A stretch of DNA of 63,855 nt, the filler included. It is 4 parts of 4 records of this genome, joined end to end, with 100 filler letters (N's around TTAATTAATTAA, not from the genome) between each part and the next. Parts side by side here need not be neighbours in the genome. Positions count along the whole stretch, not along the records: positions 55,369 to 63,855 come from SRR31156797_1043; 3 more parts are not named here. One strand, given 5' to 3'. A model generated the notes under the pieces. The model made no database searches. It saw only the letters and a program-made list of their open reading frames with translations, and was not told the DNA's origin. How positions within the stretch are numbered: position 1 is the stretch's first letter; every line of letters starts with the position of its first letter. Positions 62,501 to 63,855 of this stretch are shown in pieces. The position numbers and the translations under genes are program-made.

Positions 62501-63855
62501 TGGTTCGCCGTCACCTTCATACCCGCCAGAGGAACAGCGCTCGCCAGTGAATACTTCAAGATAACGCCTCTGCACGAGATTGTCTGGCACATGGGACTCT
62601 ACGCGTTCATCACCTCCTGGGTCACAGTCGTCCTCATCTCAGTGCTGGGCTGCCTCTTTCTTCGCTGCACGGCCGCCTCGCCGGGGCTGTACCCCTCGCG
62701 CGGGCTCAAGGCCGCTCTCCTCATGTACAGACTGAAGAAGATGAACCGGATCCAGCGCCTGTGGACCTGGAGTATCACCGGGCAATATCTGCGCGCACTG
62801 GCCGGCGTGCGTTTTTCGCGCGTGGGCGCCTCGGAGTGCGACGTCATGTTCAACCTTGTTCCGGAGGCTGCCGGCGCCGACGCCCAGGTGTTCTGGTCCA
62901 ATGGGGGCTTCACGAACATGCTCGATTATGGCGCCGAGCACTTAAAGCTTCGCCGGCTCGACATGCCCGCCAATTTCTTCAGCGGTAATAATTGCGTCGC
63001 CGAGTCCGGGCAATTCCCCACCAATTTCCTCCTGGGCGTCTCCACCCCGGGGAATGATATACTATTCCGGCGCCAGATGCAGTCGCGGCTCGGCGAACCC
63101 ATCACTGTGGCTGGAAACCCGCCGGTGAAATTTGCCAGCGCCGACTTTGAGGCGGAAAATGAAGCCCATGATCTGCCGAGCCTCCCCCTCTTTATGGGGC
63201 GCGTCTTCCTGAATGACATTTTCAGCGGCGGCATTCTGCACATCGCCAATGTACTTGTATATGTGGTTTTGTACACCATCCTGCTGCGGTTGGACGTCCA
63301 CCTGGTCGTCAGCGCATTCATAGCTCTGATTCTCGCAGAGGTCATCCTGGTTGTGTCCTGCGCCGGAACCAAGAAGCTCCTCGTGGGCAGCTGGGGTTCC
63401 GCTCACGCAACCCCATTCTGGTCCTGGCGGCACTTCACCTACTTCTTTGCGCAGGACTGCTTCTTCGCCTGGTGCAGGATCCCTTTGGCAATTTCGGCCG
63501 GGACTGTGTTCTCGAATATTATCCTTCGGGTCATGGGGTGCCGGATCGGCAAAGGGACCATTCTTACCTCGCCCATGCAGGCCTCCGACTGGAACGCGGT
63601 GCGCTTGGGAAACGATTGCATTATCGGCGGTTTTCTGCAGTTCCACACCCTCGAAAATATGATGCTGAAGGTGAAGCGAACCCACATCCGGGACGGCGGC
63701 GCCGTCAACTTCGGCGCCACGGTCATGGGCGGTGCGGTCATGGAACCTGGGACAACGCTCCTGCCCTTGAGCATGGTCCTGAAGGAGATGCACCTGCCCT
63801 CAGGGACTTACTGGGGCAGCCCCGCGGAACCTATCGTTCAACACGCCTCTCCCCT
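59577..63855 (+). CDS. Pls/PosA-like membrane NRPS (A-T-TM-three beta-helix domains), frameshifted at C8 (61723-61730) and running off the window
   Basis: A domain YTSGTTGMPKG, NTYGPTE, GELCIGG, RTGD, GRID.QLKVRGHR.E, SGKIDR; T domain GGHS. A second frame from 61733 stays open to the window end, with PG.YP.W, LG..(V/I)G hexapeptide repeats, W.G.PA and HTLEN motifs. Confidence 0.85.

Overview
The window is not one locus. It is four unrelated contigs joined by N-padded TTAATTAATTAA spacers. (1) 1-20172 is a Desulfovibrionaceae-like sulfate reducer. It carries the dsrC 3' end, a CyaB-type GAF-GAF-PAS adenylate cyclase, lpxB, a prepilin peptidase, a phenylacetate-CoA ligase, a Fur-boxed fpvKCDEF-like metal ABC module, and the infB-rbfA-nrnA-truB-rpsO-pnp cluster. 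(2) 20273-34613 is an AT-rich Bacteroidota-like contig holding one six-gene export operon: ABC ATPase, giant ABC permease, TolC, MFP, RND, and a second RND fused to an ABC ATPase. The fused nucleotide-binding domain appears to be split by a 184-aa membrane insert. (3) 34714-55268 is Vibrio: the start of a chromosomal integron (intIA, attI, two VCR-type cassettes, the first a glycosylase-like protein), followed by mostly housekeeping genes. (4) 55369-63855 is a GC-richer contig with a FadL-like channel, SbnB, an internally deleted cysteine-synthase-family gene, an amidinotransferase, and a Pls (poly-amino-acid synthetase)-type NRPS frameshifted at a C8 run. The best candidates for undescribed biology are the RND-ABC hybrid exporter, the amidinotransferase + Pls + SbnB cluster, and the first integron cassette. 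All family calls come from motif recognition by eye; no searches were run.
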